A DNA stretch of 64,000 nucleotides from an uncultured virus (IMG/VR IMGVR_UViG_3300021197_001482) (IMGVR_UViG_3300021197_001482), one strand, 5' to 3'; positions 18,033-28,883 are shown, counted from the stretch's first letter. Numbers and translations are program-made. The notes: generated by a model not told the origin, from the letters alone.

Positions 18033-18226
18033 TTGACACAGACAAATACGAATCAACAAGCAATTGCGGTTATGAAGAATGTAATGGAGGCCACGCTTGC
18101 GAAGATAAAAAATGCACACACGCTTATGTGGATTTCAATAAGGGTGAAATGGTCTTTCATCTCAAATGTAAAAATGGGTTTGAATGGAAAGAAACATGGA
18201 CATACAAAGGGAGTGATTGGCGATGA
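18029..18226 (+). CDS. Small Cys-rich protein with MIDTDK N-terminus
   Basis: Shares 21 nt at its 5' end with the upstream gene. Confidence 0.6.
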   Translation: MIDTDKYESTSNCGYEECNGGHACEDKKCTHAYVDFNKGEMVFHLKCKNGFEWKETWTYKGSDWR

Positions 18227-18444
18227 TTGACACAGACAAAATAATGCGAACAACGAAAATACTTCTTCATGGTCGGCACATCAATAAAAATGAAGCAGAT
18301 GATTACTTGGAACTTATCGCAGAAGTCGAGCGGTTGCGTAAGCGACTCATTAGAGCATACGATTGGGCTGTGAATGCGGTCTATGGTAGTGACTCATCGT
18401 TGATGGACTACATCGAACATGTATGTGGAGGCGAGGAAGAATGA
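18223..18444 (+). CDS. Small protein with MIDTDK N-terminus
   Basis: ATGATTGACACAGACAAA start; LIAEVERLR segment. Confidence 0.6.
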   Translation: MIDTDKIMRTTKILLHGRHINKNEADDYLELIAEVERLRKRLIRAYDWAVNAVYGSDSSLMDYIEHVCGGEEE

Positions 18445-18826
18445 TTGACGAAGAAAACTACATAACAAGAGCCGACGGTTCTACTTTGAAGCCCTGTGAA
18501 TACGAAGCGTGGACTGTTACTCACAATGACGAGAACAACAAAATGCTTAGTCAAGAGCAATACGAATATGAAGAACATGCGTTAAATACATATCACGCTA
18601 TGGTATGCGAATGCTTACCGAATCATAATTTAATTCTCACACATCATACCGATTGGAGGATGATTGAAGACGAGTTTTTACCGAAGTCATGGACTACTGT
18701 TGCGAGTTTCAAGAAGGATTGTCAACACATCGACTTCACCGACACTCTCGACGGGGCGGTATGTAACGATTGTCAAACGCAACGCATAACTCAAAGAGAA
18801 TTATTATTCGGGGTGGGTGAAGAAGA

Positions 18827-19072
18827 ATGAACGACCATCAAGACAGTGAGAACTTTTCTTACGAGCGAGAGTGGCAAGAGATTTACGACCTGCTACATGA
18901 GGCCGAGCGCAAACAGAACCAACACCTGCTCGCACTACAGAACACACGACTCACGAAGAAGCAGAAGGTACAACACATGAGAGACTACAAGGGATTGCAG
19001 GGTGTCATCCACGCACTGCGATGGACACTCGGAGACTTACACATGCCTCGTGACAAAGTACTCGGCAAATAA
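18827..19072 (+). CDS. Hypothetical helical protein
   Basis: Starts at a GGTGAAGAAGAATGA junction. Confidence 0.65.
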   Translation: MNDHQDSENFSYEREWQEIYDLLHEAERKQNQHLLALQNTRLTKKQKVQHMRDYKGLQGVIHALRWTLGDLHMPRDKVLGK

Positions 19073-19076
19073 AAAC

Positions 19077-19115
19077 AACACTGAAACAAATAATATATAA
19101 ATACTAAAAGAAATG
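19077..19115 (+). promoter_or_regulatory. Viral promoter repeat, copy 6
   Basis: AACACTGAAACAAATAATATATAAATACTAAAAGAAATG (one mismatch to copy 5). Confidence 0.8.
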
Positions 19116-19148
19116 AGAAACGAAAACAAAAAAATGGAGATGAAATAA

Positions 19149-20186
19149 ATGCACAATATAGCACAGACAAAAGACGATGAATGGATGACGGCATGGAGTG
19201 GCAACACACCTTGGCATCAGTTGGGAACACAAGCAGAAGGGTTGATGACAAGTCAAGAAGCCTTAGAGAAGGCGCACCTTGATTGGGTTGTTGAGAAACA
19301 CCCACTGCGGTATATAGATGAGGGCGGTATTCATACTGTACCCGAAACCTATGGTGTGTTCCGTAACGACGGAGACAAACTCGTACCACTGACACGCAAC
19401 GGCAAAGCAGTAGGTAAGGTATGGAAAGCGTGGCAGAATGCTGATGCCTTCTCATACATTGACGACTTGTTTCAATCACAAGACGGTAAAATCGAAGTGT
19501 GTGGTGCGTTGGGTAACGGTGAGAAGGTGTGGGTCTTGGCTCGTATGCCAAACAACATCGTACTTGGTGGCGTAGATACCATCAATCAATTCTTACTCAT
19601 CACCAACACTCACGACGGAACAGGTTCACTTGTCATCATGCTCACACCTATCCGTGTGGTATGTCAAAACACATTGAACATGGCACTACAACAAGGTAGT
19701 GATTACATATGGCGAGTCCGACACACAGGTAAGAAAGACGAACACTTGGCGGCTATCCAAGAAGTATTCATGGCGGCGAACACAGCGTTCTACGCATGGG
19801 GTGAGCAAGCGGCTCAACTCCTTGACATTGAGATGACTGTAGAAGAGGCGAAAGAATACTTCATTGATACACTACAACTCAAACGCAACGAAGAGACAGG
19901 CGACCTCGCTACTCGTGGACAAGGTATGCTCAACAAGGTAGTGTCACTACTCGCTGGTAACAACAACAAGTTGGGAGACATGGAGGGTACAGCATGGGCC
20001 GCTTACAATGCGGTGACTGAATACATAGACCACCACGCTACTGAACTACGCAACGGTGACAAGAGTATCAAGCGAATGGAGAGCGCACTGTTCGGGCCAC
20101 TGTCACGACGCAAGCAAGCGGCATGGAAGAACGCATTTGAAGACTACTCCGAGGCGGCGGCACTACAAGCGGTGGTGGTTGAATGA
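19149..20186 (+). CDS. DUF932 / TIGR03299-like phage-plasmid protein
   Basis: PWHQLG, LDWVVEK, GALGNGEKVW, NTHDGTGS, TPIRVVCQNTL, GTAWAAYNAVTEYIDH. Confidence 0.85.
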   Translation: MHNIAQTKDDEWMTAWSGNTPWHQLGTQAEGLMTSQEALEKAHLDWVVEKHPLRYIDEGGIHTVPETYGVFRNDGDKLVPLTRNGKAVGKVWKAWQNADAFSYIDDLFQSQDGKIEVCGALGNGEKVWVLARMPNNIVLGGVDTINQFLLITNTHDGTGSLVIMLTPIRVVCQNTLNMALQQGSDYIWRVRHTGKKDEHLAAIQEVFMAANTAFYAWGEQAAQLLDIEMTVEEAKEYFIDTLQLKRNEETGDLATRGQGMLNKVVSLLAGNNNKLGDMEGTAWAAYNAVTEYIDHHATELRNGDKSIKRMESALFGPLSRRKQAAWKNAFEDYSEAAALQAVVVE

Positions 20187-20795
20187 AAACTTTCACAGTG
20201 AGAGTAAGTTATACTGGCGAGATAGATGCCGAGAGTCTTGAAGAACTTGAAGCCCAACTGTGGGTATCTATCAAACTGTTCGATGAACCATACGATACAA
20301 CCGTGTTTGAAGTAGAAGAAGTTGACATACAGGAGGAAGACTGAATGAGAACAATTGACCTTAAACCCGTCATGGTGTACTTTGAAGGATGGGTAAGAGA
20401 TGAGAACGGTGTTCCTCTCGTTGACCCCGTAGAAGAATGGGAACTGTGGTCGAATGAAATTGACATAACAGATGTGTCAGTCAACCGAGCGTGTGATGAA
20501 TGGTGGAAATTGTCATGGGAGAACGATGACGGTGGTTTCTATGATTGCATTATCAATCCTTCGGAGTGGGATATAGACGACTTAAAGGGTGTGATTGAAT
20601 GAAGAACGGTTGGGTACACAGGAAAATAAACTGGCACGAGATTAAGAATGAACCTGCTTGGGTAGAATATGGTAAACCTTCACAGGGTGTATGGGGTATC
20701 GCAAGTGAGTTGTACAAGGATGGTTGGATTGATGACGACCACTTTCAGTTCTTTGCGACAGAAGAAGAACGAGATAAAGTAATGGATGGTGAGGA

Positions 20796-21170
20796 ATGAT
20801 GTGGCTGGCATTGAGTAATGGATGGTTGAGTATCGTAGCCCACCGTGACAAGCCGGGACATGTATTGGTGAGAGCGAGGAATCAAAATCACATTGAAAGT
20901 TATTTCCCCGACGCAGACATCTACATCATTGCAGATGCAGACTATCCGTACAGGGCAGATATTCGTCGCTCTTTTGTAGCCAATGTATTAGGTAAATACA
21001 TTCACGACATACAGTATGACAACTACAAGAACAGCGTCAACGAAGAGGAACTACATGACGCACTCATCAGTGTATGGCAGACTATGTATCGCTACGGCGG
21101 TGCTTACAGACCCAACACGACCACACTGAATGATTGGATAAATGATAGCAGTAATTCAAATGATATATAA
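20796..21170 (+). CDS. Conserved phage hypothetical protein
   Basis: MWL..GWLSIV...LVRAR...ADYPYRA...YDNYK pattern recognised from phage proteins. Confidence 0.65.
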   Translation: MMWLALSNGWLSIVAHRDKPGHVLVRARNQNHIESYFPDADIYIIADADYPYRADIRRSFVANVLGKYIHDIQYDNYKNSVNEEELHDALISVWQTMYRYGGAYRPNTTTLNDWINDSSNSNDI

Positions 21171-21184
21171 ATACCAAAAGAAAA
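21157..21184 (+). promoter_or_regulatory. Viral promoter repeat, copy 7
   Basis: CAAATGATATATAAATACCAAAAGAAAA. Confidence 0.8.
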
Positions 21185-21213
21185 GAGAAGTGAAAATAAA
21201 ACGAGATGATAAT

Positions 21214-22779
21214 ATGACAAAGAGATACTATGAGAGATACAGACCGGCAGATACATGGGAACAACTTGGATTGATAGGCGACACACTGTCGTTCACCGAC
21301 GATGAGATTGTAACACAACAAGCGATTGGATATACCAAACACCTGTGTGATTACCATTGTCCGATGGACATAGCGGTGGTGTACAGTATGCTTAACCGAG
21401 GCGAAGGTGCTACACCTACCGCTAAGGAATTACTGAATGACTACACACGGCTTGCCTACTACTTTGAGTCGGGCAGGGTTGCAGATGGATGGTGGTTGCC
21501 ACCAACTGATGAACAACCCTACTCTTGCTCAAGCAATGTAGATTTTCCGAAGGTGGATTACAGTACATCGAGTCACAGTAACTTGAATCATGCACCTCCT
21601 ATTGATGTGTCAAAACTTGAGGGATTGATTACAGCCATCCTTGAGAAGAAGGATGCAACTACAATGGGCTACTTGCTTGACGCATACAACTGGGAGATGT
21701 CACGAACTCAAGTATGGTATCTGTATGAGAATCAAGGGTACGACGAGTTCTTGATGGCAGACAGAACGGACAACGCAGACTTCAAGGCACTCATGTCAAA
21801 CGGTGAGAATGAAGCAGTTAATTCCGCTAAGGTGTTGGAGTTGATTCAACAATACATTCCTTTCACTATGAAACCAAACAGCGATTACTGTACACGAAGC
21901 GATGATGGTGAGGATTACTGTGAACGACACAGACCGAACACCGATAGGTATGAGCGACACTGGGTGTTCAAAGAAGGGCTACATGTCTTGTATGATAACT
22001 TTGCTATACCTTCATATTATGCGAGCAAGCCACACCTACATAAGAATCAATGTCACGAAGACACTATCAAGTTTGAAGACCATAAGCGCAGACTCATTGA
22101 TGAAGTAAATGACAAAGAGGTTCTCAAGTTAATCAACAAGTCATTGACTCGTATGGAGAAGCGGGAAACAGTTGAGCAGGTATCACACGGTCGAGGGCGT
22201 ATGTTCCAATGGACAGCATGGGATTGGCTTGAAAATATCCGCACACGCATCCTTGCATCCAACGCCAAGCAACGCAAGTTGGGTGATGTGGTAAATGGTT
22301 GGGAGTACACGAAGGGTAAAACCACTATGTCATACGGTATGGAGATTAACGACCACGACTGGAAACCTGTTAAGGCTGTACATTGGTGGGAGGTGTTAAT
22401 ACAAGTACCTTACAAAAATGATTACAATATGAATCATGTCTATCACGAAGTCACAGCCCTACCATACATGTTCTTCACCGAAGAAGAGGCGCAAGTATAT
22501 ACAGATTCACTCAACCAAATTGACACTACTACTTTCAATGGTGTGTCAAGACACCGCACTGTAACAAAGAACTTCGATGTTTCAATACCGACTGTGACAT
22601 ATTCAATTCAAAGAAAGACTGTGCATATGTCAGTGGATGGTGTTGCTGTGATTGAGAATTACATGACACCTCACGAGATGTTCAAGCAGATGCAAGTAGG
22701 TAACGATGAACAGTACAACGCTGTTGCCCAACAACTTCGCAGGACACCTGCTCAATTTTCTATGATGGTGAGCGAATGA
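21214..22779 (+). CDS. Large hypothetical protein
   Basis: Long ORF downstream of a promoter copy; start adjusted to MTKRYY. Confidence 0.75.
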   Translation: MTKRYYERYRPADTWEQLGLIGDTLSFTDDEIVTQQAIGYTKHLCDYHCPMDIAVVYSMLNRGEGATPTAKELLNDYTRLAYYFESGRVADGWWLPPTDEQPYSCSSNVDFPKVDYSTSSHSNLNHAPPIDVSKLEGLITAILEKKDATTMGYLLDAYNWEMSRTQVWYLYENQGYDEFLMADRTDNADFKALMSNGENEAVNSAKVLELIQQYIPFTMKPNSDYCTRSDDGEDYCERHRPNTDRYERHWVFKEGLHVLYDNFAIPSYYASKPHLHKNQCHEDTIKFEDHKRRLIDEVNDKEVLKLINKSLTRMEKRETVEQVSHGRGRMFQWTAWDWLENIRTRILASNAKQRKLGDVVNGWEYTKGKTTMSYGMEINDHDWKPVKAVHWWEVLIQVPYKNDYNMNHVYHEVTALPYMFFTEEEAQVYTDSLNQIDTTTFNGVSRHRTVTKNFDVSIPTVTYSIQRKTVHMSVDGVAVIENYMTPHEMFKQMQVGNDEQYNAVAQQLRRTPAQFSMMVSE

Positions 22780-23240
22780 AGAAAATTAAAATGGTATCAC
22801 ACGGAACAAACATGCCCCTACCTATCGGTGGTGGGACACTTACACTGTGCGGGCTTGACGACTTTAGAGACACACTGCGAGGCTACCATGAAGTAGTAAC
22901 GCTGTGCAGGTATGAACCGCAGTACCCCGAAGGGAGTGCGAACAAGTCTTACCACAGTTACTTTCGTGCATTTCATGACAGTGAATTAAAGTGGCGGAAC
23001 GCAATTGACTTGGTGGAGATATTACTTTCACAGGGAAAGGATGTGTTGCTTCATTGTATTCATGGGCGTGACCGGACTGGTGGTGTAGCGTATGTTATCC
23101 TTCGTAATACTGGTAAGAGTCATCGTGAAGCATGTACGCTACTCAACAAAATCCGACCACGCATGGCGGTGGAATGGAAAACGATAATGAAAGACCGGCG
23201 AGTGTTTCACGAGAGTTTGATGTGGGGTGAAGAAGAATGA
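22776..23240 (+). CDS. Dual-specificity (CX5R) phosphatase
   Basis: VLLHCIHGRDRTG P-loop; IRP near the C-terminus. Confidence 0.85.
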   Translation: MKKIKMVSHGTNMPLPIGGGTLTLCGLDDFRDTLRGYHEVVTLCRYEPQYPEGSANKSYHSYFRAFHDSELKWRNAIDLVEILLSQGKDVLLHCIHGRDRTGGVAYVILRNTGKSHREACTLLNKIRPRMAVEWKTIMKDRRVFHESLMWGEEE

Positions 23241-23803
23241 GTGTACGAGCATTGAGCAAAGCAAGAAAGCGAATCAAGGAATTGGAGGAAGAACTCAACT
23301 ACACCAAGTACGACCTGTGGCAACTGCGAGGTGCAGTGCTTGGCTCTTGGAAAGAGGCTGTTCGATGCGGCGCACCGTGGCATAAGGAACTGCGTAGCCC
23401 AATGGTAGATATGGAATACTTACAGCACGACGGCTGGCATTATTCAATCAATCCCGAATGGGAAGCCCACGCTATGCAGTGGCTACGGGAATGGTACGAC
23501 ATAGACTTTGGCGAGAATGCCGAGGAATACTGGCAGGAAACTTGGGGTGAAGAAGAATGAAAGGTAACACACTGAAAGAAACTACACAACGACGCATGAG
23601 CGAGATAGCCCGAAAGACAGTGTACCATACAGGGAACCCTATGTTCACTGCGAGACAGATGACAGGGTTACTTGTTGGTGCAGGTCATTCAAGAACACCA
23701 CATACAGCAAGAGTATGTATGTGGATGAAGGTACACCCGCAGTTCTCAACTATTAGAACAGGACATGTATTACAGTTCAAATATATTGGCGGGGCGACAG
23801 CCT

Positions 23804-23830
23804 AAATGATATATAAATACTAAAAGAAAA
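23804..23830 (+). promoter_or_regulatory. Viral promoter repeat, copy 8
   Basis: AAATGATATATAAATACTAAAAGAAAA. Confidence 0.8.
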
Positions 23831-24259
23831 GGAAAGTGAAAACAATGAAAGAAAAACAAATAGAACAAAACATACGAGAGCAAATGCTTGCTCTTGAATC
23901 ACAGATGAAACGACTACAAGAGTGGCGTGACACAGGCTACTCCGCTACGGTGTGTGCTGATGATAAACATACATGGGCTGATATTGATACAGTGAAACTG
24001 AAAGAAGCCATTAGCATAGTAAGTCAATGTAAGCGGTGCGGTATTGGGCGACTTTTGTATTATGAGATGAGTGATATTATTACTTTTGATGATGAGTGGT
24101 CGGAGTTTAGAGAAGGCGGTGAAGAAGAATGAAGTGCGACATGTGCTTAGAGGAACAAGCAGAAGCGAAAGGACTTCGATGCGGTAAGTACAATGTGTGC
24201 GACCCATGCATCACGAAGTCCATTGAAGCGAGAATGTTTTTGATTGGTAGAGATAAACA

Positions 24260-24295
24260 AGACTGAATCAAATGATATATAAATACTAAAAGAAA
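24260..24295 (+). promoter_or_regulatory. Viral promoter repeat, copy 9
   Basis: AGACTGAATCAAATGATATATAAATACTAAAAGAAA (identical to copy 10). Confidence 0.8.
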
Positions 24296-24582
24296 AGAAA
24301 AATGGAGATGAAACAAATGAAAAGAAAAACAGAATATGTAATGTATTTCGGAGATGAAGTAACGGAGGAATGTATAGGACAGGATGTGGATGGCGACCGT
24401 AACAAGCGACAAGCCGACAAAGAAATCAAAGAAGAAATGTCGGGCGTAAACGATGACGGACAACGCTTGTTGGCAGTAAGAAAATATCTATGGAAAGGAG
24501 ATGATGGATGGTGGGATTTGTACGAAGACGAACTCTATTGGTATCACCCTCAACTCGATGACGAAGAAGGAGATGGCTACCA

Positions 24583-25104
24583 ATGAACATATTCATACTT
24601 GACACTGACCCTACCACTGCGGCTCGTATGCACTGCGACAAGCATGTGCCAAAAATGTGTGTCGAAGCGGCACAGATGATGGCATCAGCCCTGCGCCGAC
24701 ATGGTGCGACTGATGAGGACATGCCACTCACCAAAGCGGGTACACCCTACAAGGGCGGCTACGCTCACCATCCATGTACAGTGTGGGCTGGCGACTGTGA
24801 AGGTAATTTCAATTGGTTGGCTCACCATGCAGTAGCACTGTGTGAAGAATACAGTATGCGATTCGGTAAGCGTCATGCTTGCCATGACCCTATCATAGAC
24901 ATGAGTGCTTTAGAAATGACGCTGAACCCGAACAGGGTTGAGCCTATGCCTCTCACACCATTCGCACAGGCCATGCCCGACGAGTACCGTGATGCAGATG
25001 CGGTCAAGGCATACCAAGCCTACTACCACAGCAAGCAGTTCGCCAAGTGGGAGAAGGGTACACCCGCCCCCGACTGGTGGCGAGGCGTGGAGGTGACGGC
25101 GTGA
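24583..25104 (+). CDS. Pyrimidine-dimer DNA glycosylase/endonuclease V-like protein
   Basis: MNIFILD...HCDKHVPKMCVEAAQM, HHPCTVW, EYSMRFGKRH, FAQAMPDEY, AYQAYY. Confidence 0.75.
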   Translation: MNIFILDTDPTTAARMHCDKHVPKMCVEAAQMMASALRRHGATDEDMPLTKAGTPYKGGYAHHPCTVWAGDCEGNFNWLAHHAVALCEEYSMRFGKRHACHDPIIDMSALEMTLNPNRVEPMPLTPFAQAMPDEYRDADAVKAYQAYYHSKQFAKWEKGTPAPDWWRGVEVTA

Positions 25105-25898
25105 GTGAAGACCAGTGTTATTGTGTGAACCCAGTATTGGTATTATCCATGAACATGTGTGGTAATTGTTCCTGTCGAATAGATTCAAGTCAGCCAAGAG
25201 GTAAGGACTTATGGGAAGGCTATGTTTATAGAAATGGTAAATGGGTATGGCAAGGCGTGGAGGTGAAGGCGTGAACGACGAGATGCACGAATACATAGAA
25301 GCAACTGGCAAGACTTTGAATGAATTACTTCAAAGTAATTTGAAGAAGCACCAAGCATTTGCATGGCTTAAGGAATACATATGGAAGTGGGACAAGCGTT
25401 TCATTATTGACCTACTCGCAGAACAAGTGTATGAGAAAGGAACATTAGAACAATTGGAGGGAATGAAATGAAAAGAAAGGCTCAACATATAAGTGCAAGA
25501 GAATGGCATATGTACAATCCGTATAAGGGCTGGATGTACAAGTCTTGTATGAATAGAGTCTGTGACAAAGAAGTGAAAGTTTATCACCCGATGGATGTAA
25601 AACGATGTGGTATATGTCACAATAAACTTATTGAGGATTTAGAGGTGTACGAAAATGAATGACGAACACACAGTAGTACCGGAGACAGCGGAAGACATGT
25701 CGAACTACGAGATAGAACTCGATGGTGAATGGGTGTGCGTTGTAAGTGAAATGATGGCAAATGATATTCCTTTGACTTGCCCGACTTGTAAAGAGGTTCA
25801 CAGTGAAAGTATTGTTTACTTTTTAGAAAACGGGCAGTACCTTTACAAAGGGTTGTGCTGTGGAATGTTTGGCCTACTGGTGGCTAATGGTGAGGACA

Positions 25899-26609
25899 AT
25901 GACTTGGAAACCGAATGAAGAATTGATAGCGTGGGCGAAAGAACATTTGGGTGCTATACCCATTGAAGGTATATGGTCGCCCGATGGTAGCGGTGTACAA
26001 TACAAAAAGACTGGTGATAACGAATGGTCTTTGATGTTCATGTACAACCACCCCGAATCGAAAGAGATGCACACTCAACTGAAACAACTCATGGAGGCAT
26101 GTGATTACACGGTGCTTGAGGGTGATGGTGTACAGGAACTTGTACCACCCCTTCAACCCGAAAGGCAAATGCAAGAAGAGTATGAGCGTAAGCAATCAAT
26201 AGCACAGGGATGGAAATGTCCCGAATGTGAATACCCTCTTGCGAACAATGACTTAGGTATGCGACACGATGAGTATGTCGAAACCATTGACGCTGAAATA
26301 TCGGATGGTAATTTCACACCTATAGAACTATGGAGATGTAACATCAAGTGTAACGGATGCGGTACGGTCATACCTATGGAACCGGATGACTACCACATAC
26401 TTGCTGGTGATGAGAACTTCATGCGTTGGAACAACAAGGGTTACAGATATTCAGCACTCACACGAGGTGAGATGAAAGACTTGGCTGATGCCGGTATTCA
26501 AACTGGTGTTGTTCTTGGCGGTGAAGTTGATGGTGAAAAAGTACCTCCGTGGATGTGGGGTATATACTCCATCAAGACGAAACTGTTTGAGAGTAGTGAA
26601 GAAGAGTGA
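25899..26609 (+). CDS. Zn-ribbon-containing hypothetical protein
   Basis: CPEC...CNGC pairs; start MTWKPN after GGTGAGG. Confidence 0.7.
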   Translation: MTWKPNEELIAWAKEHLGAIPIEGIWSPDGSGVQYKKTGDNEWSLMFMYNHPESKEMHTQLKQLMEACDYTVLEGDGVQELVPPLQPERQMQEEYERKQSIAQGWKCPECEYPLANNDLGMRHDEYVETIDAEISDGNFTPIELWRCNIKCNGCGTVIPMEPDDYHILAGDENFMRWNNKGYRYSALTRGEMKDLADAGIQTGVVLGGEVDGEKVPPWMWGIYSIKTKLFESSEEE

Positions 26610-26893
26610 AGCGAAATACCGAGCGAGATTACTGGGTGGATGATTCTAAAGTCCAAAAGTGGTCGGCAGGTAAAGGAAAGGTTCGTCTTGCTTGGACTAA
26701 ATGGTTGGGTCGAAACTGGATTGACCTTCGTGTAATGCGGAGAGAAGACGATGGTTATGTCCACACTCGACACGGAGTAAGAATTACTCCCGACCAACTA
26801 CGAGAGATGTTACCGGCATTGATTGAGATGCTTGAACACATTGACAATACCGAAGAAGAAGAGAAAAGAAAATCCTCCGACAATGAAAATTAG
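26606..26893 (+). CDS. PC4/p15-like ssDNA-binding protein
   Basis: VRL...W.G.NWIDLR......GYVHTRHGVRITPDQL matches the PC4 pattern. Confidence 0.7.
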   Translation: MKRNTERDYWVDDSKVQKWSAGKGKVRLAWTKWLGRNWIDLRVMRREDDGYVHTRHGVRITPDQLREMLPALIEMLEHIDNTEEEEKRKSSDNEN

Positions 26894-26895
26894 GA

Positions 26896-27240
26896 GTGAA
26901 AGTAATGCAAGCATACCGCTTGGAGTGGCAACATCGAAACAGGGTTTGGTTATTCAAAGACGGGCCACTGAAAGGTGAACCTCTCTTCTATGGATTCGAT
27001 GCAGTGATAACAAAAATGCTCACCAAATTAGGTGCAGTGATGTACCGCAAGGCATTGAACAGTGGGTGTCATTTACTTATCAGTGAAAGAACTATACCGA
27101 ACTCCTACCCTATGACCTTACTGTTCAAGGAGGGTACTGGTGGTAGATACGAACATGATGAACTGGGTAGCGGTTGGCTTGAATGCGACTTCTTAATTGG
27201 TTGCCATGATGAGATACATGTCGCTGTAGAGGTGAAGTAA
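26896..27240 (+). CDS. DUF6717-like hypothetical protein
   Basis: WLF...EPLFYGFDAVI...GGRY...GWL pattern. Confidence 0.45.
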   Translation: MKVMQAYRLEWQHRNRVWLFKDGPLKGEPLFYGFDAVITKMLTKLGAVMYRKALNSGCHLLISERTIPNSYPMTLLFKEGTGGRYEHDELGSGWLECDFLIGCHDEIHVAVEVK

Positions 27241-28454
27241 TGCTGTTATCACGAGCGACTATCATCATGTCAAGAATGCCTTACCGCTTGACTACGGAGG
27301 ATTTGACAAGAGAAGAAGCCCATGAACTGTGGGCTTTCCTATCAAGCGAGGACAGACTCTCGATGACACGCCAAGCGGTGAAGGTACAACTCGCCAAGGA
27401 ATGTGGTGTCTTCATTGAACAGATGGATGCAGTAGCCAACGGTGCTACACTCACCGAGTTGTTGGTATGGGAATCATCCGACACTGATGGAGGGACTCTT
27501 ACCTTGGATAATATCACTGCTATGTTTCGTAACACTAATCCTAATGATGAGTGGATAATTGAATTAGCCCATTTAATGAATAGTCAAGAAGCCGAATTAG
27601 CGTGGAGGTGGGCGTTGGATGAACGACTCACTATGCTACGCAATAGAATGAGGCGTTGGAGTAATGTTTTATCTGTTAATTCTAAAACTAATCTACCTAC
27701 TGAAACACTAATTGACATCGCTTTTGGGAAAATTAACAGTGAAGTTATTCAAGACACTACTACCTTCAAGCGGCTACAACGATGGATGGGTGATGAACCG
27801 GAGGCATGGTGGTTCGTACCGAACTGCGCTACGCTGATACACCTAAGCAACGGTGTTGCTCGCAACAGACGGGGCGAGGTTGACATAGAGTTCACTCCGC
27901 TTACTGGTGACATCGAACCGTGTTGGTCTTGGGTCAACGCAGTGGGAACGATAAGACACCATACCGTCAATCAATTACTTTCATACTCAAAGTATGAAGA
28001 ACCGATGAACATTACATGGAACGAGTCAATGGCTCTCCTACAAAAATACCCTAAGAGTGGGTATGTCATACTCCATGAGGGTGAATACTACCTGCTGACA
28101 AGCGGCTCTATCACCCTCTATGCTCAAGCCCTCACCGTGAGGCGCATCAAGAACATAGGCTACGAGTTTACCATCGGTTTCAAAGACGGGTCGGACATCA
28201 TAGATACTGATACTTTTAGGATGAAACAAATGGTTTACGAACTTGAGGGTGCGTTGAAAATGAGGGGTATCACGACGCATAACTCTCACACTACATTCGA
28301 CATACCCGATGGCTTGGTGCTGTCGTTGGTGTACACTTGGAGTCCAAGCGAGGACTGGCACTTACAGTATGCCGGTACGCATTCCGATATGGGAGTGGGC
28401 GACATTGATGAGATAGTAGATTACTACATGTTGGTAGGTGAAGACAATGAGTGA
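27240..28454 (+). CDS. Hypothetical protein, possibly a degenerate ATP-dependent DNA ligase homologue
   Basis: Helical N-terminus and OB-like C-terminus (YEFTIGFKDGSDIID); next to the replication module; no KxDG motif visible. Confidence 0.35.
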   Translation: MLLSRATIIMSRMPYRLTTEDLTREEAHELWAFLSSEDRLSMTRQAVKVQLAKECGVFIEQMDAVANGATLTELLVWESSDTDGGTLTLDNITAMFRNTNPNDEWIIELAHLMNSQEAELAWRWALDERLTMLRNRMRRWSNVLSVNSKTNLPTETLIDIAFGKINSEVIQDTTTFKRLQRWMGDEPEAWWFVPNCATLIHLSNGVARNRRGEVDIEFTPLTGDIEPCWSWVNAVGTIRHHTVNQLLSYSKYEEPMNITWNESMALLQKYPKSGYVILHEGEYYLLTSGSITLYAQALTVRRIKNIGYEFTIGFKDGSDIIDTDTFRMKQMVYELEGALKMRGITTHNSHTTFDIPDGLVLSLVYTWSPSEDWHLQYAGTHSDMGVGDIDEIVDYYMLVGEDNE

Positions 28455-28839
28455 AACAATGCGGAACATCGGATTAGGTATTATCATTATGAAAGTAAGG
28501 TTCTCGGTATCAGTAGCCGAGGTCAAGTGGGGCTTCGGGTTCAAGACAGCACTGTATGTAGAGTTGAAGAACATGAACGACCATCAACGACTCGCCATAC
28601 AATTATGGTGCGATGAGAATGACCTGCCGGTGAAGTATCGTGCAAAGCGCAAGGATGAGGTGAAAGCGTGGGTGGAGGCACTTGCCCCCTACGAGTCTCT
28701 CCTGTCCGACAGACGGGGCTACGAGCGCACTAAATGGGTACTTGCCAACCCAATGCCCCCTGCGAGGGGTAATGCGTCATGGAATGACTTCTATGACTGG
28801 GCAGAACGGTGGGATGAGTTCAACGATTCGATAGACTGA
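28438..28839 (+). CDS. Hypothetical protein
   Basis: ORF between the ligase-like gene and a promoter copy. Confidence 0.6.
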   Translation: MKTMSETMRNIGLGIIIMKVRFSVSVAEVKWGFGFKTALYVELKNMNDHQRLAIQLWCDENDLPVKYRAKRKDEVKAWVEALAPYESLLSDRRGYERTKWVLANPMPPARGNASWNDFYDWAERWDEFNDSID

Positions 28840-28868
28840 ATCAAATGATATATAAATACTAAAAGAAA
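28833..28868 (+). promoter_or_regulatory. Viral promoter repeat, copy 10 (heads the replication module)
   Basis: AGACTGAATCAAATGATATATAAATACTAAAAGAAA. Confidence 0.8.
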
Positions 28869-28883
28869 TGGGGATTGAGAACA

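Noticed and set aside
28438..28839. LAGLIDADG-derived protein
   Set aside because: Only a vague helix-strand resemblance at the N-terminus; no catalytic acidic motif.
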